A stretch of 64,000 nucleotides of DNA from assembly GCF_002105155.1 (NCBI RefSeq), contig NW_019028994.1, positions 372,001 through 436,000 on the forward strand. Direction: 5' to 3'. The position numbers were made by a program, and so were the translations under genes. Source of the DNA: Lobosporangium transversale (taxonomy: Eukaryota). This document shows, one piece after another, positions 63,468 through 64,000 of the stretch (position 1 is the first letter of the stretch; the number at the start of each line of letters is the position of its first letter). The notes under the pieces were generated by a model. The model saw only the letters and a list, made by a program, of their open reading frames with translations, did no database searches and was not told the origin of the DNA.

Positions 63468-64000
63468 ATGAAAATCACAACTACTCTCTTCTCTCTAGCA
63501 GCCGCAGCCGCAGTCATGTTGCCTTCCGCTGTTGTAGCTGCCAAGAATGCGACAATCAGTGTATTAAGCGACAATGTTTACTTCTTGAGCGAAACATTGT
63601 ACCCTAATTGGGGACAGAGTAAGTGGGGACAATGATCGTTTTGGTCACCTTATGCGACCTTATCGCCAGCTGACATTCATTTTTTTTTTTTTTTTTTTTT
63701 TTAGAAATTAGGGCAGATTTGATTGCAAAAGCGGACTATGTCAAGAATCACGATGTTGTTGTAATTCAAGAATGTTTCGCCAACAATGCTTGCGACGTCC
63801 TTCGTAGTGGCCTTAATTCTCAATGTAAGTGTGTTCTTTTTTACGCAAACTGGAAATATTTCTGTGTATCTCTTTTTATAAGACTAAACTTTTTTTTTTT
63901 TTTTTTTTTTTTTTAAACCGTTCTTCCCAGACCCATATCAAACCCCTACTCTTGGACGAAACAAAAATGGGTGGGATTCTACTTCAGGCGAATACTCTTG
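63468..64000 (+). CDS. Secreted bacterial-type sphingomyelinase C (EEP/DNase I-like fold), 5' part: exons 63468-63618, 63705-63824, 63931->64000
   Basis: Spliced translation MKITTTLFSLAAAAAVMLPSAVVA-AKNATISVLSDNVYFLSETLYPNWGQKIRADLIAKADYVKNHDVVVIQECF...YPYQTPTLGRNKNGWDSTSGEYS. The NVY.LS..LYPNWGQ..RADLI...DY.KN.DVV..E.F pattern is that of Bacillus cereus SMase and Staphylococcus beta-toxin. Confidence 0.8.

Overview
Eukaryotic, intron-containing fungal DNA. The gene style suggests an early-diverging fungus such as Mortierellaceae, which is an inference. The left flank carries a partial CENP-B/pogo-like HTH ORF, a Cys-type glutathione peroxidase, RNase H1 and the KEOPS subunit CGI121. From about 4.7 to 62.0 kb the window is one amplified, repeatedly inverted and recombined array of a ~6.5-7 kb module: [CGI121 gene fragment]-[family A gene]-[family B gene]. 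A and B are distantly paralogous secreted proteins with three QxW-like motifs (ricin-B/beta-trefoil-like). B always sits about 2 kb upstream of A on the same strand. There are 8 intact, strongly diversified A genes and 6 intact plus 1 truncated B genes, five of which are almost invariant. The array is interrupted by a hAT transposon whose left TIR is replaced by a 35-bp fold-back of its flank, by several MITEs, and by two foreign inserts. One insert holds a small secreted protein gene and a Crinkler-like relic. The window ends in the 5' part of an intron-containing gene for a bacterial-type secreted sphingomyelinase C. All calls are by eye; no searches were run.
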